This document shows, one piece after another, positions 38,601 through 53,852 of a stretch of 64,000 nucleotides of DNA. The translations under genes and the position numbers were made by a program. Positions within the stretch are counted from its first letter, which is position 1, and each line of letters opens with the position of its first letter. The DNA is from Octopus sinensis (taxonomy: Eukaryota): contig NC_043000.1 of assembly GCF_006345805.1 (NCBI RefSeq), positions 88,288,001 to 88,352,000 of the forward strand. The letters are read 5' to 3'. A model generated the notes under the pieces. The model saw nothing but the letters and a program-made list of their open reading frames with translations. It ran no database searches and was not told where the DNA came from.

Positions 38601-39016
38601 AAATAACAACAACAACAACAACAACAACAACAATAATAATAATAATAATAATAATAATAATCCTTTCTACTAAAGGCACAAGCCCCTGAAATTTTGGGGG
38701 AGTGAACTAGTCGATTATTTCGCCCACACTAACAGGGAAATAAAGATTCGACCAGATATTGTAGTCTAGCAGTAGACGAAAAGAAATACCGCTTAAACGA
38801 TGAATTAGTTATAAGACTGGGTAGTATGTTTTTTCCGAGAAATAGATGAAAATAATTATAATAAATAAACAAATGAATAAGTAAATAAATGAATAAATAA
38901 AAAGTGATTCTTCATATCAAGGATTTAAAATAAATGTTCCGTAATGTGGGATCTATGATATGAGAGGATCTCAGACTGGTTAAAAAAAAAAAACCAACAG
39001 ACAAGTATGAAAAGTA

Positions 39017-39524
39017 CCGTAAATCTTCGAGTATAATCCGCCCTTGAGTATAATACGCAGGGGATTTTTAGGGGGATGTACCTCTGAAAAACCTAAACCT
39101 TGTGTATAATACACACTCCTTCTGTAACTTGAGTCGTGCGTAATTAAGCCAGCAGCACGTAGACGAACACTTCCACGCATGCGTAATACAATAATGGTGG
39201 TGCTCTTAACTGTTATATGGGAATGTAAATATGTTTGCAAATTGCTTTTGTTGCATGTTATTCTGTGTTCTCAATACTTTTATTTTAATAAATGTTGCTT
39301 GCTGCAAGTTATGGATGATTCTTTTATGACTTCAGGCTTAGCTTAAGGTATTTTCGCGCCCGACATCACAAAATGCGTCTGAATAAACATTGCCGGACAG
39401 CAAATAGAGACTCGGATATTGCTTAGAAAATATTTTTCATTTTTAACCTCGTATATAGTACGCACTAGGGATTTTGACCTTTAAATTTTGGGGGAAAATG
39501 CGGATTATACACGAAGATTTACAG
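39017..39524. mobile_element. MITE, Tc1/mariner-pogo type
   Basis: ~25-bp TIRs CCGTAAATCTTCGAGTATAATCCGC / GCGGATTATACACGAAGATTTACAG, TA on both sides, subterminal repeats. Confidence 0.8.
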
Positions 39525-40164
39525 TATGAAAACAAGCATGGACGTTTAGTACAAACATGAAAATACTTGGGATAGGCACAGGGTCATATTACTCAGCAGT
39601 CAAATTCTGGGATTCTTATAATAGGAAACAGTTAACCACTGTGAGTTATGTAATTGAGTAAGTTATATCAACTTCAAATATATGGCATTGAAGCAAGTGG
39701 ATCATATCTTAAAAATCAATTATAATTGTTGTAGCTAAAAGTTTCTGTAGCAATTCAACGGTAATTTTAAAAACTATAAAATTGTCAGAAGTTTATGCGG
39801 GACCATAAAATATATAATTTCTTTGAAATCATTAGATTTAAAAGCGTTTGATGCCTAAGATAGCGTAAGACACGTAAGTAGTACTGAAGATACAGTCTCA
39901 AAAGAAAACGTTAATATTGCTTGCACTTATCATCTCTTCAATCTATTATGTACATCAAATAGAACGACATCGAAGTATAATCAATCTCTAATATTGTTCT
40001 AATACGGGATTACATTGATAAAACTTGAACAAATTATAATACATTATACTATACAATAATTTTCATACTAGACAAAAGTGTATATGGTTGGAACTGGACC
40101 TTGTGAATGAAGTGCAGTAGAAGACATTCTAAGCTGTGAAGCCACAACACACACACACACACAC

Positions 40165-40232
<68 letters not shown>

Positions 40233-41217
40233 ACAGATACAATTCGAAGCTAGGCAAAAGGTCACAAAGAATTTTTGTTGTTCGATACCATTGATTCTCA
40301 TACTTCAGTGGTACTTTATTTAATCGACGTCGAAAGTTGATGTTAGCTGGATTTAAATTCAGAACATAAAGAGTGAAACGGAAAACTGCAAAACCTTTCT
40401 CTTTTTTGTAATGATTCTGCCAATTAACCTCCATTACAACTATGATGTGGGTGTGCGTGCGCGCGCGTTTGTGTGTGTGTATAGATATGTATGTATATAT
40501 ATTTATATATACATATAACTGAATCTTGGTAGGTATGTGAATAATAATACACGCACTGGTACTATTTCACGTAATTTAATATTATAATACTTCAGGGAAG
40601 CAATTAACCTGTTAATCAACAAGTTAATCAAGTGTTTGGGGGCTCGTTCGATCAATTAGTCAATCAGCTACCTTCATCAGAGTTCTTCCATCGCCCTTCA
40701 GGTACGCATTAATGACATGCCCTCTTTATTTCAGGTCTGTCGTCTGTCTCCTAGTTTTATAGATTTCATATTCATATTTTGGGGATATGTAAGAGAGAGC
40801 GAGTGAGAAAGAGAGAGAGAGATAAAGAGATAGCTAGATGGTGATAGATAGGTAGAACGAAAGAGAGAGGAAGAGAAAGAGAGAGAGCGAATAAAAGAGG
40901 ATGTGCGTACATGCATGTGTCCTTGTGTGTGTAGTTACGGATTCTGTGGTAAATGTGAATGGTTAAAAGTTCATTTATTTCATGGTTAGCGTGTATTTCA
41001 TGGTCTGTGACAATAACGATAGCCTCCTCACCACAACCACCAATAGTATTTCATAAATGTGTTGAGTGCACTATTCATTCGTTTGTCCTCTCACTCGTAT
41101 ATATACACACATAATGGTCGTCCATTCGTGACCGAGGAAAACCATTACTGACCTTTAAGAACATGCGCATACATACATACATAGCTAAATACATACACAT
41201 ATATATATATACACACA

Positions 41218-41251
<34 letters not shown>

Positions 41252-41517
41252 TACATATACATATACATATGAATTTAATATATGGACACACATCTTTGGT
41301 TGGTTTCATTCCGGAGGAATTTCCTGTTTTTCCACCTGAAACTATTGGTGGCACTGTTAATCCACGAATAAAAAATATTTCTCCACCAGATATAAGTGTC
41401 GTTAACTCATTATTTTTGATATTATCGTAGTGTGTGTGTGTATGTGTATGTGTGTGCGTTGTATTTGCATGTATGTGTGTTTATGTGTATCTATATATAT
41501 ATGTATATATATGTATG

Positions 41518-41550
<33 letters not shown>

Positions 41551-41571
41551 TATATATACACACATATATAC

Positions 41572-41619
<48 letters not shown>

Positions 41620-42001
41620 ATATATATATAAACGGCAGTTTGTCTGTGCGTGTTTCTGTGTGTCTGTTTGCTTGTACCCTCACCCTGACCACGGCTTTCA
41701 ACCGATTCTGATGAAACTTGACACACACATAGCCCAATGTCATAATTCAAAACTAACGCAGACAAAATTTTTAAAAGTTCCCCAAGTTCTGAAAAAAATC
41801 GATAAATTCGACATGGGGTCGAGAATCAGAAACACAAACCACAAACTGTCTAGGGGACGCAACTCCACCTTTTTTAACTCTCAAAAAAAAATTTACCATC
41901 ATTTTTTCCCATTTTTTTACTATTTTTTGGCTATAACTCTCTAAAAATGCTTTATAGTTATTTCCCTTACAAACCTGAGCAACGCCGGGCGATACTGCTA
42001 G
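41620..42001 (+). mobile_element. Non-autonomous Helitron-like element
   Basis: 3' end CCTGAGCAACGCCGGG hairpin-like motif then CTAG followed by T; 5' end TATATAAACGGCAGTTTGTCTGT emerging from (TA)n. Confidence 0.65.
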
Positions 42002-43579
42002 TATATATATATACATACATACATTCAGATATATATGATTTTTTTTTATATTTGAATATTATTATTAAAATAATACAAATAATATAAATGTTTGTGTCTA
42101 TAAGATCTTATTGTCAATTTCGTTCGATAGTTTCCAAGTCAATCGTCCAAAGAATAAAATTAATAATGCATGTATAATATGCTATAACTTTAGTTTCTTT
42201 TTTTTCGTAATTGAAGCGCTACATATGTAGACTATAGCAGTGTAGTAGTATAATTATATGTAATGGCGCACTTTACACCCAGAGAATTGATCCGTTGTGC
42301 ATCATGCTCCAAAAGTATGTAGAAATGTTCTCAATTTGCGATATTTGTGATAAGCAATAACATCGAGTAATTCACACATGAAATGAACAGACAAATTATC
42401 GCCGAAAAATAAGCAAAAAAAAAAAAAGACAGAGAGAGAAAAAGAAAAAATGGAAAATGAAAAGTAATACAAGTGTACAGTTTGTTAAACATTTCGTATT
42501 TAGTAATAATAGTATTAAAAATAAAATTCGAAAACGTCTGATTTAAGATAATTCAATTATGTTTACTTTAAAATAGGTGCACGTTGTAGTGATATATGCA
42601 TTGTTTTTGTTCACAAGTATTTCTTATGATATATAGAAAAATAAAGAATATACTAATTTTATTAATGCAGATTTCCTAAAAGCGTAACCTATAAAAACCT
42701 TATAGATTTCCCATATATTTATCGTTCATCTAACTTGCCTTATAAACATACGTTCTCAAATTAACATATAAAATTGCCAGAAAGCACTGATACACGTGAC
42801 TGCATATTTGAATATATATATCATCGGATGACGAATCTGAACCAGTTAATTGCATCTAAGACTATTATTCTCCATCTGCTGTTCACTGTCCATGGACAAG
42901 AAAATAAAATTTCACGTGCGAACAAGGGAGAATTATGAAATCCTTCGACTTCAAGAAGATAGCTGCTAAATCTCTCTTTCAAATCAAATCTCATCCTCTT
43001 AAACAGGGTAAGAAAAATAAAGGCTGAAAGCTATTGACTGGAATACGTTTGTACGTAGCTAGGCTTAAGAGTTGAGATGAGGTGGAAAATCAATCATGTA
43101 CAATTTCATTGTCAAGACATTGTGATCGCTGTAGTTACTAAAATATACGAAGCCGCATCTAACTCTATTGAAACATTGACCAACAAAAAAGTCATACACT
43201 GAACTCCAATTTCCTTGACAGCCCTAAAAAGACAGGATAGTCATGAATAGATCACTTTCATCATAATTTTGCTCAATCTGACTTGATAGAGGCAAAGAGA
43301 GAAGTAACAACTTTTTCGAAATTTCAATAAGGTAAATAATATATTGTTAATGTAGCTGTAGTTTTATTTATCATAAAACGCTTCATTGATGACTGCCCCA
43401 ATGTAGTCACACCTTTTACTTATATTTAGAACAATAGATTACAATTCAAGGGAAATTTGGCTGTTATTACTTGCAAATGATCATCCACATAGAAAATTAC
43501 TTGCTGGTCAAGGTATCATCTTTAATAGTCAAATCTTAACACAGTAAACAGTTGAAATATTGACTTAAAATTTTGGGAG

Positions 43580-43780
43580 AAGGTCAGCAATTCGTGGGAG
43601 GGAATAAGTCGTTTACATCAAACCCAATGATTAGTTCATATTTATTTTGTCGCCTATAAAAGACTGAAAGGCAAAGTCGAACCCGAAAGAATGAAAGGCA
43701 AAGTCAACCTCGGCAGAATTTGAACTCAGAACGCAAAGACAGACGAAATGCCCCTAAGCATTTTGCCAGCTGGACATATT
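43580..43780 (-). mobile_element. CORE-type SINE with a short internal duplication
   Basis: GAAAGGCAAAGTC repeated twice; matches the family body. Confidence 0.7.
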
Positions 43781-44024
43781 AAATATTATCATTAAAATGG
43801 TTACGTAAGCTTAATGGACGTTTTATTATGTTAACTTAAAGAGTGAGAAAGATGTTCTATGCCAAGGTAATTGCACTTTATAAAAATTACATGGTGTAAA
43901 TATAGAGTGTTGACATTGCACACACACGCACACACTCGCAGACACACGAGCGCGCACACACACATACACACACCCGCGCAAATCTGTGTCCACCCTCGCG
44001 TTCCCCACACTCCGGCACCACATC

Positions 44025-44200
44025 TTGCAATACCACACACCACCACATACCACCACACTACACACCACCACACCAATACACCACCATACCACACACCAAT
44101 ACACCACCATACCACACACCAACACACCACACCACACACCTCCACACCACATACCACCATACCACACCACACTACATCACACCACCCCGCACACGCTCGC
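44025..44200. repeat. Degenerate (CAC/CACCA)n repeat
   Basis: Directly visible. Confidence 0.85.
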
Positions 44201-44269
44201 ACATGTACACGCGCGCGCACCTTCATTTTGATCACTACAACTTTTTTTATCTTCCCTTCTTCCTAGCTC

Positions 44270-44500
44270 TCCTGTCTGACCACCCCTGTCTGGCATTCGC
44301 CATGATTGATCGCTAGCCACCAAACCTTTTTTATATTTTCTCTCTGCTTATTTCTGTGTTCTCTTCTGTTGAAGAGCGTAGGCTCGAAACGTAAAAGACT
44401 GTCTCACTTTCCCAGCGTTAAACTAATATATCTGTTTGTTGATTATACGCCCGTCTTCGTCTTTTGTATTTTTTTTTATTTGTAAATTCCAACTATATGT
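44270..44500 (+). mobile_element. PLE-terminal-repeat-like fragment with a variant hammerhead-like motif
   Basis: TCTT-CTGTTGAA-GAGC-GTAG-GCTC-GAAAC-GTA-AAAGA at 44362-44398. Confidence 0.4.
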
Positions 44501-44763
44501 TGACGAAGGCATGCATGTCAATACTTCAAAGTCACTAGTGAGATTTTCCATGTAAAGGTTTAATGCAGTCCACCATTGAAGGTTAACTCAATAGAGTTAA
44601 CCTTCAGTTTTAATGTGAAATTGTCGTAATGCATGACTTGTCATAAAAGGTATTTTGCTGTCAAAGGAAACGTCACCTGTTGTTGAAACAATTTTATTTG
44701 CAAAAGTATTTAAGAGCTAGTTTAATTTACAAAAATTATATCGAAATAATATATCATTAATAT

Positions 44764-44795
<32 letters not shown>

Positions 44796-45037
44796 TGTAT
44801 GTATGTATGTATGTATGTATGTATGTATGTATGCATGCATGCATGAATGTATGTATGTATGTATGTATGTATGTATGTATGTATGTATGTATGTATCTAT
44901 CTATCTATCTATCTATATGTATATGTATTAGGACACACACACACATATATATAAATCTATATAATACACAGATAAATATGAGTTTATATTTGTGTATATG
45001 TTTGCATGTAGGTACATACATGTGTGTCCGCTACATG

Positions 45038-45430
45038 CGTGGCTGTGTAGTAGGAAGCTTGCTTCCCAAACACATGGTTTCGGGTTCAGTACCACTGCGT
45101 GGCACCTTGGGCAAATGTCATCTGCTTTAACCTCAGCCCAACCAAAGCCTTCCAAGTGAATTCGGTAGACGGAAACTAAAAGAAGCTCGTCGTATATATA
45201 TATCATGTCTCTTTGTGTCTGTGGGGTTTGCCCTCCACCACCGCTTAACTGCTGGTGCTGGTTTGTTCACGTCCCCGTAACCTAGCAGTTCGGCAAAAGA
45301 AGATACCGATAGAAAATAAGTTCTATGCTTAAAAAAGTAAGTACTGGGTTCGACTGGTTCGATTAAAATATTTCAAGGCGTTGTACCAGTATGTCCGCTC
45401 TCAAATGACTGAAACAAGTAAAAGATAGAA
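45038..45430 (+). mobile_element. CORE-type tRNA SINE, full length
   Basis: GTGGCTGTGTAGTAGGAAGCTTGCTTCCC head, GGCACCTTGGGCAA core, 3' CAAATGACTGAAACAAGTAAAAGA. Confidence 0.8.
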
Positions 45431-45529
45431 GATATATATATCCTACTCGATATGGACGTATTGCCAGAACGTCCATGTTGAGCAAGACATAAAGATTGCC
45501 GTATGGTATGAATACTCTTTCTCTCACAA

Positions 45530-45930
45530 GGCGGCGAGCTGGCAGAAAGGTTAACATACCGGGCGAAATGCTTAGCAGTATTTCGTCTGCCGCTACGTTC
45601 TGAGTTCAAATTCCGCCGAGGTCGATTTTGCCTTTCATCCTTTCGGGGTCGATTAAATAAGTACCAGTTATGCACTGGAGTCGATATAATCGACTTAATC
45701 CGTTTGTCCGTCCTTCTTTGTCCCTTCTGTGTGTAGCCCCGTGTGGGTAGTAAAGAAATAGGTATTTCGTTTGTCTTTACGTTCTGAGTGCAAATTCCGT
45801 CGAAGTCGACTTAGTCTGTCATCCTTTCGGGGTAGATAAATTAAGTACTAGTTGCGTACTGGGGTCGATCTAATCGATTGGCCCGCTCCCCCAAAATTTC
45901 GGGCGTTGTGCCTAGAGTAGAACAGAATAC
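45530..45930 (+). mobile_element. Dimeric CORE-type SINE
   Basis: AAGGCGGCGAGCTGGCAGAAA...; linker; second monomer; tail GTGCCTAGAGTAGAACAGAAT. Confidence 0.8.
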
Positions 45931-46106
45931 TATTTCTGTCACTAATTTTATACATGCTATCTTCTCAGTTTTTAGGCGTTTCTTCTCTTATTCAATTTTC
46001 TTTTTAGTTCGATATATGTTGTTTGAGCCTGATGAATGTTTGAGATATTTCTCAACATATGAAACTAGTAATAGCATTTTAAGGACATGTGTTGTATAGT
46101 TTAAAG

Positions 46107-46174
<68 letters not shown>

Positions 46175-46763
46175 ACATATATCGACTCACGTCGTTAACC
46201 GACGAGATAAGAGTTTCACAATTTCTTGCTGAACAAACACACAAATAATTTGTTTATAGGGACCAAATGTTTGTGTTGCACATAAGACCACACGTTCCAT
46301 AAAAGTGAGTTTTCGAACATGTGTAAAAATGTTTTTGCTCAAAAAGGTACCACGCAACATCCGGTCTGGGAAGCGAACCATGATCATGCGTGCAGCACCT
46401 TAACCAATAGGTCATGCGCCTTCAGCTCAACAGATATCTGTCTGTGTTGTTTAATATCTAGAATTTCTTTGAAATGCTTGTCGTGATTTTAAGTATTAAG
46501 TAAATTCAGTTAACTTATGAAGCTACGTAAACTTTTTCCGTAATAATATGCGCAAATACTGTCTATTTAATGTAAAGGTAATCAGAATGATGTAAAAACA
46601 TAATTCAACCTCATAATTCAGTGCTATTAAATCATACAACATCGACTCGATAATTGATTGCAGCGCAAATCGAAATCATATAATACCAGCGTAAACAATA
46701 TTAATAATGATAAAATCATTATTTACACAATACACACTGAGTCCAATGTACTGTGTGTGTGTG

Positions 46764-46851
<88 letters not shown>

Positions 46852-47278
46852 GTATAATGTACTGTTCCGTGATTGAAAATTCAGCAAAAAAGTACTCCAT
46901 CTAGTGAGAGATAAATATTTATTTAAAGGACACAATAGATATAGACACACCTACATTTACTTCCGTGCATACATACATACGGATGTATATTTAAGTATAT
47001 ATACATATACGCGTGTCTGTATATATATATATAGAGAGAGATAATTGCATGCGTATGTACGTATGTTGATATAACAATAGGAACCAAGTAAACAGGTTTA
47101 CTTGCATTCGAAAGAGATGCAGAACTACAGCTTTCTCTTTGACTCGCTTAATAAAGAAACTTCAACTTGAATGTATAACGTTTATTGGTACACACACATA
47201 TATAGATGTATATTATATATGCATATGATTATACATACATATTTAAGTACATATACATATGATATATATATACACATA

Positions 47279-47510
47279 AGGCGGCGAGCTGGCAGAATCG
47301 TTAGCACGCCGGTCGGAATGCCTAGCGGTATTTCGGCTGCCGTTACGTTCTGAGTTCAAATTCCGCCGAGGTCGACTTTGCCTTTCGTCCCTTCGGGGTC
47401 GATTAAATAAGTACCAGTTACGCACTGGGGTCGATGTAATCGACTTAATACTTATGTCTGTCTTTGTTTGTCCCCTCTATGTTTAGCCCCTTGTAGGTAA
47501 TAAAGAAATA
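47279..47510 (+). mobile_element. CORE-type SINE, little diverged, truncated after the linker
   Basis: AAGGCGGCGAGCTGGCAGAATCGTTAGCACGCCGG...GTTCTGAGTTCAAATTCCGCCGAGGTCGACTTTGCC. Confidence 0.85.
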
Positions 47511-48247
47511 GATATATATACATATATATGTGTATATATATATGTGTGTATGTGTGGATGTGCGTGTATGTATGCATTTCAATGCATGTATGTGTATATG
47601 TGTGCATATAAAGCCATACATTGATGGGCATGTGTATGGGTAGATCTTTGCGCGCGTGCATGAGTGTTGATGTAACTACGTGAGTGTGCGTGCAATGCGT
47701 TGTCAAGTGGATGTGCGTGCCACCTTGAGTGAGTGTGTGTGCGTATGTGAGTGCTTGTGTGACAGGCGAAATTAAACCTTCATGTAGATTTATAGCCCCA
47801 AGCCCCACCAAAGCCTTGTGAATGGATTTGATAGACGGAAACTGAAAGAAGGCCATTGTATATAAGTGTGTGTGTATATATATATATTTATATATATATA
47901 TGTGTGTGTGTATGTGTGTATGTATGAATGTATGTATATATATATGTGTATATACGCATACATACACACATACATACATACATACACACACCCACATACA
48001 CATATATATATAATTCTAAAACTAATAATAGAAGGGTAAACTTTATTAATTGAATGAATTAATTAATTAATCAATTTATTAATAATTTTACCAAGTAGAT
48101 CGGGACGGTAAAATAACCTTTATAGGTAAAATTATCCACATAATTATGATTAGGTTTCAGCTAATGTGGTGAAGCAATTAGCTGAACCCTAATCATAATT
48201 ATTATATATATATATGGAGATAGATAGATAGGTAGATAGATAGATAA

Positions 48248-48284
<37 letters not shown>

Positions 48285-48321
48285 TATATATATATATATA
48301 ATATATATATTATATATATAT

Positions 48322-48442
<121 letters not shown>

Positions 48443-49061
48443 GAGATGTACAAAGGGTTCGGTACTTATAGTAAGGATACTAAATGGAGCGGGAGTGTTG
48501 TTGGTAAAGGTGGTGTTGGAAAAAGTGATGCAGATGCTGGTGCTGGTGGTGGGGGTTGTGGGGGTGCTGGCTGTCGTGATAGTAGTAGTGATCTGTAGGT
48601 TTTTCAGTGCTGTCTTTCCTTGGCTTATGATCAGCGTTGCCATCCTCATCAACGCCGGGTACCACACACATGTCCATACGCGCGCGCATACATATGCATA
48701 TTTATATACGTACACACACACTCACGTGAGTTTATATACATATATGTATGCGTGTGTGTGCGCGGATGTGCAAGCATATGTGTGTGTGTGTGTATGTGTG
48801 TGTGAGTGTGTGTGTGTGTGAGTGTGCGTGTGTGTGTGTGTTCATGATCTTATAAATATTTATAAAAATATATGTATATGAATATGTCCCCATAATGTAG
48901 CGGCTCAGCAAAAGATACTGATAGAATAAGTACAAGGCTTACGAAGAATAAGTCCTGGGGTCGATTTCTTGAACTAAAAAGCGGTGCTCCAGCATGGCCG
49001 CTGTCAAATGACTGAAACAAGTAAATTAATAAAAGTATATGTGTGTGTGTGTGCGCGCTCG

Positions 49062-49101
<40 letters not shown>

Positions 49102-50022
49102 TCTGTACGTTAAAATGAAAGATTCCTCATTGCATTTTTATTAGAGTAGATGTTTATTAACTTTGAGAAGGTTACGGTTGATAGTAATTTCGAAGTTTCG
49201 ACTGGTTATTCACACACATACACGCACACACACACACCATAGGCGCACACCTATTATACACGCACGCACGCACACTCACTAGCACACGCATACATATGTT
49301 CGCTCAGAAGCATATAAATGTATACAATGTAAGCATGTATAACCCGTGTATTTACACGAGGATTTAAACGATGAGAAATATTCGGTATAAATCTGAAGTT
49401 TAATGCATAGATAGGGTCGCTGTGATACGAAACTACATGTCTCCAGTTATCCTGTTTGGCCGTTGGATCTGTACTATTACAACTTTAATCTTCCCTATGG
49501 AGTTGTTCATTCGTCAAACCTCACCCCATTCCTCCTCAGCCTTATCTCAACCACTGTTCTCAATTACGATTTTATCTAAATAAAACAGATATCGACTGTT
49601 CAGTAGTTCTCACAACACTTTATTCAACGCAGGCCATAAAAAGATAACTTTGTTGTTAAACACCCCTGTACACATCCACAAGAGTATGCATAGATATTCA
49701 CGCAGAAACACACATGCAAAACGCATCACACAGGCACATGCAAACACGCATGCACGTACACACGCGTACACGCGTATGGAAAGCTATAACAAATATAATC
49801 GCATATAAAATCATTGATTCACACATAGTTTAAATCGTAAATACTCACACTTATACATAGGAATGCAGTAGTAATGAAGCTGTACGCATTTACACAACAC
49901 GCACGCACGCACACACATATGCATATATTTAAGTACATGTATATATATCGAAAAATACACATAAGCATACCTACATAGATCCTGCATAAAAACATGCACA
50001 CACAAACACACACACACAAACA

Positions 50023-50059
<37 letters not shown>

Positions 50060-50329
50060 GTAAATATGTAACTTTGTATTAAGTATACACTCAACTATAT
50101 CCATAATTACAGGCATCCGTATGCTTGTAAAATGCTTACTTACATACATATGTTCAGGTTATATCTATCTGATTAAGATAATCGCGTACATTCGTATATG
50201 ATTAAAAAAGTCTGCATATTTTTCATAACTTCTCTTCAGAATTTTATGAACTTTTGTAATTCTAAAACATGTAACGTTATGCACAACGCAGATCCGTATG
50301 TCATACATATACTCTTTTACTCTTTTACT

Positions 50330-50565
50330 CTTTTACTCTTTTACTTCTTTCAGTCATTTGACTGCGGCCATGCTGGAGCACCGCCTTTAATCGAGCAACT
50401 CGACCCCGGGACTTATTCTTTTTGTAAGCCCAGTACTTATTCTATCGGTCTCTTTTGCCGAACCGCTAAGTAACGGGGCGTAAACACACCAGCATCGGTT
50501 GTCAAGCAATGCTAGGGGGATAAACACAGACACACAAACACACACACACAAACATATATATATAT

Positions 50566-50611
<46 letters not shown>

Positions 50612-50775
50612 TACGACGGGCTTCTTTCAGTTTCCGTCTACCAAATCCACTCACAAGGCATTGGTCGGCCCGGGGCTATAGTAGAAGACACTTGCCCAAG
50701 ATGCCACGCAGTGGGACTGAACGCGGAACCATGTGGTTGGTTAGCAAGCTACTTACCACACAGCCACTCCTGCGC
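50330..50775 (-). mobile_element. CORE-type tRNA SINE, full length with central (TA/CA)n
   Basis: Minus strand GGCGCAGGAGTGGCTGTGTGGTAAGTAGCTTGC...; tail (GAGTAAAA)n; very similar to 53365-53785. Confidence 0.85.
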
Positions 50776-51340
50776 CTATATATACATATTTTGTGATACA
50801 TACAAACACAAACACAAGCGCAAGCGCAAGCATATATTTTTATATTTTAACTCTAAAATAATTTTCCAAATCTAATGATAAATTTCATTTGAAATATCGG
50901 TAGGGTACGTATAATTGTGGAACGTGAGTTAGGAGACCCTGTCAAGATAAAATAAGTGAATAACTAAATATGGAATGAGAAACAAACTTTATACTTCATC
51001 TCCCGAAGAAATTGTTTGGTTGAACGTAATATACTCGGAACTGAAATTTAAGTAAGTTTTCTGCGTTCTTGCGTATGTGTTTGTGCGTGTGTGTGCGTGT
51101 GTGTGTGTGTGCGTGTGTGTGTATGGGCGTGTGTGTGCGAGTTTCAGTGTGTCGATCAGAGTATGTGTCCGTGTGTATATCTATGCATATGTGTGTCCGT
51201 ATGTATGGGCGAGCATGCATCAGAGCAAAGATAAACATGAATATATGTGAAAAACATTGTAAATTAAAAATTAAGCTGTAAATATATTATTCAAAACCTT
51301 TGAAATACATACAAACACACACACACACACACAGACACAG

Positions 51341-51389
<49 letters not shown>

Positions 51390-51617
51390 CACACACTCTC
51401 TCTCTCTCTCTTTCTCTCTCACTCACTTGCAGACACCCACATGTTTATGTCTGTATCTATCATTTTACATACATATATAAACATATACACACACATATAT
51501 ATATGCATATACATTACATATATATTTATATTCATACCAAATATATATATGTATATATATGTATATACATACATACACACAATCACACCACACACATACA
51601 CACACACACACTCACAT

Positions 51618-51671
<54 letters not shown>

Positions 51672-51769
51672 GAACTTCGGGTTGGTCAAAATATTTTTCT
51701 AACATATTTTAACTAACCTGAAATTAGTTAAGATATGCCCAACACTGCTTGGCGCTGAAACTGCTGAAT

Positions 51770-51782
51770 ATATATAATATAT

Positions 51783-51828
<46 letters not shown>

Positions 51829-51955
51829 AATATATATATATATATACATTAATATGCATATATATATATATATGGCTATATATGTATATATATATGTATA
51901 TATATATAGTGTATATATATATATATATATATATATTACACATACATATAATTAC

Positions 51956-52022
<67 letters not shown>

Positions 52023-52252
52023 GTATATATGTATATCAAAGTTGACAGCCTAATTTCAGTATTACAAGTAACTGGGATGTCCCCCAACTCAGGCGAGCAT
52101 ACCCAGGGTATTGAGTACTACAGCACATAATGTGTTACGCTATGTAAAATGTTTATTGAAATATTCAACTACTCTCATTATATATATATATACATATATA
52201 CGTTATATATATACATATATACATATACATATATATACATATATATATATAT

Positions 52253-52313
<61 letters not shown>

Positions 52314-52400
52314 TATATATATATAATACATACATATATATATATTATACGTATATATATATATATATATATAGATATTATATATATATAAATGTTGTGT
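51770..52400. repeat. Long imperfect (TA)n-rich tract
   Basis: Directly visible. Confidence 0.85.
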
Positions 52401-52959
52401 GTGAGTGTAATATTAATTTTGAAATTGAAATAAAGTTTTATCTCAACATTGCCAGCGAAGCATGGATATACATATATATATATAAAATAATAACATAACC
52501 CAAAAAGAATAAATATTATAAAGTTAAAGAAATTAAACTTTTAAAATACATAATTTATACCATTTGTAAAAATAATCATGTTCTATATACTTCATTACGC
52601 GTATTAATAATAAAAATAAGTTTAAGCTTACTCATGGTATTATTAATTCGCATAAAAATAAATAGACAAATAAAGCGTATGGTAATTGATCGCTTTGTAA
52701 AAGTGAAAGTAAACATAATATGTAAAAGTAAATAAGAACCTGCGCAAGCTTTTCAGAATCTTCACTGGTGATATAAATAAGTGTATTTGTCGTAACGGTA
52801 GTGCTGTTCTTCTCTGGCAGAAGCAAGCGAAATGGAAGCGCCGAAGACACACAGCGAACGTCAGTAGCAGCAACAGCAGCAAAAGTAATGGCGGCAACAG
52901 AAGCAGCAGCAATGGAAGCAGCAGTGGAGGTAAAATAAATGAATGAATGAGTGAATGAA

Positions 52960-53006
<47 letters not shown>

Positions 53007-53364
53007 ATGAACATGAAAGATATCGACGGAGACGACGATGATGAAAAAAAAATAGATGATGATTTTTGGTGACACGGGCGATTGCCGCCGCTGCCGCCGC
53101 CGCTGCCGCCTCCGCTGCAACCACCACCACCATCATGGGCGTTGATGACGGTGACTATAATGAGAAGTTGTTGATGAGGATGATGATGATGATGATGATG
53201 AAGATGAGGATGACGACGACGATCATGATTCTGACAATGAGGGTGCTGATTATAGTTATGCTAATGATAATTATGATGATGATGGTGATGATGTTGACGA
53301 TGATGATGATGTTGGCGACGACGATGGTGATGATGATATTGATAATGAAGAAGCGGATGTTGGT

Positions 53365-53785
53365 TACTCTTTTACTCTTTTATTTGTTTCAGTCATTTGA
53401 CTGTGGCTATGCTGGAGCACCGCCTTTAATCGAGCAACTCGACCCTGGAGCTTATTCTTTTGTAAGCCCAGTACTTATTCTATCGGTCTCTTTTGCCGAA
53501 CCGCTAAGTAACGGGGACATAAACACACCAGCATCGGTTGTCAAGCAATGCTAGGGGGACAAACACAGACACACAAACACACACATATACATATACATAT
53601 ATATATATATAAATATATACGACGGGATTCTTTTCAGTTTCCGTCAACCAAATCCACTCACAAGGCTTTGGCCGGCCCGAGGCTATAGTAGAAGACATTT
53701 GCCCAATGTGCCACACAGTGGGACTGAACCGGGAAGCATGTGGTTCGTAAGCAAGCTACTTACCACACAGCCACTCCTACGCCTA
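53365..53785 (-). mobile_element. CORE-type tRNA SINE, full length
   Basis: Colinear with 50330-50775. Confidence 0.85.
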
Positions 53786-53852
53786 TAATACGATAATGAT
53801 AATTATAATGATGATGATGATCATCATCATCATCATAATTATTATTATTATG

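Noticed and set aside
48480-48689. His/Gln-rich ORF on - (DEDGNADHKPRK...HHLYQQH)
   Set aside because: No credible acceptor or start context; composition is explained by degenerate (GGT/GCT)n repeats between microsatellites.
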